The position numbers and the translations under genes are program-made. The notes under the pieces were generated by a model, which was not told the DNA's origin, searched no databases, and saw nothing but the letters and a program-made list of their open reading frames with translations. Below, one piece after another: positions 62,758-62,889 of a DNA stretch of 62,889 nt. The DNA comes from Chloroflexota bacterium. Lineage in GTDB: Bacteria > Chloroflexota > Dehalococcoidia > SZUA-161 > SpSt-899. The stretch lies in the NCBI GenBank assembly GCA_013203045.1, contig JABMQN010000059.1, positions 1-62,889 on the forward strand, read 5' to 3'. The first letter of the stretch is position 1. Each line of letters begins with the position of its first letter.

Positions 62758-62889
62758 TGGGGTGGTCAAGTCCAAACGGACACATAGTTAAGCAGCGATG
62801 CCCCCCTTTTCAAAACTCTCTGGACTGGTATATCCCAGATATGAATGCAGCCTTCTGCGGTTATAAAATATCTCAATGTAATCGAAGAG
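62758..62889 (-). mobile_element. right end of an IS3-family insertion sequence (continues beyond the window)
   Basis: The transposase C-terminus is followed by TGTGTCC-N18-CA. This geometry matches the IS3 right terminal repeat as I recall it, and the plus strand begins TG at 62758. Confidence 0.6.
62788..62889 (-). CDS. IS3-family transposase OrfB, C-terminal 33 aa (partial)
   Basis: [33 protein letters not shown] matches the conserved end of rve-domain IS3 transposases (F.YIE.FYNR.R.HS.LGY.SP..FE). Confidence 0.75.
   Translation of the reverse strand, partial: LFDYIEIFYNRRRLHSYLGYTSPESFEKGGIAA

Overview
This is a 62.9-kb, almost fully coding chromosomal window. It looks like a strict anaerobe, possibly Chloroflexota/Dehalococcoidia-like, but that is inference from gene content only. 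All calls rest on motif recognition in the ORF track and on reading the DNA; no searches were run.

Content in order:
- a partial tRNA(CAT), a thiolase and ybeY
- a complex I operon, nuoABCDHIJK-(DUF2007-like)-LMN, with no nuoEFG
- metK, a pterin-binding methyltransferase, rsmI and a crotonase
- a sulfur cluster: Rrf2, the COG1900 plus NIL-ferredoxin homocysteine pair, a rhodanese, a small Cys-rich protein, and a His-type Thi4
- variant System I cytochrome c maturation (CcmE with CxxxY, no CcmH), then nadA
- NifX-like, FdhD, MOSC, IscU and NifS
- an hcp operon and a GlcD/HdrD-like oxidase
- two divergent Rrf2 genes
- an 11-gene plus-strand operon: Rrf2, NuoE/NuoF-like, HdrD-like, two small proteins, an ArsM-like methyltransferase, DUF2061, a Zn-ribbon radical SAM enzyme, a double hot-dog hydratase and a PaaK-like ligase
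- a convergent HgdCAB-like dehydratase operon
- cysEK, a Crp/Fnr regulator, an orphan glycyl-radical activase, a repeat-containing membrane protein and PmbA
- a two-gene nucleotidyltransferase cassette flanked by 42-bp direct repeats in the 3' end of a ROK kinase gene
- an IS3-family end at the window edge

Most notable findings:
1. The two rhodanese ORFs in the track are one reading frame. It is interrupted by two UGA codons at the catalytic-Cys positions, each followed by a SECIS-like hairpin. This predicts a di-selenocysteine lipoprotein inside a sulfide-assimilation cluster.
2. A shared promoter and operator-like box links the divergent Rrf2 genes, the 11-gene redox/methylation/CoA operon and the Hgd-like operon into one candidate regulon of unknown function.

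I found no CRISPR array, integrase or recognisable defence system.
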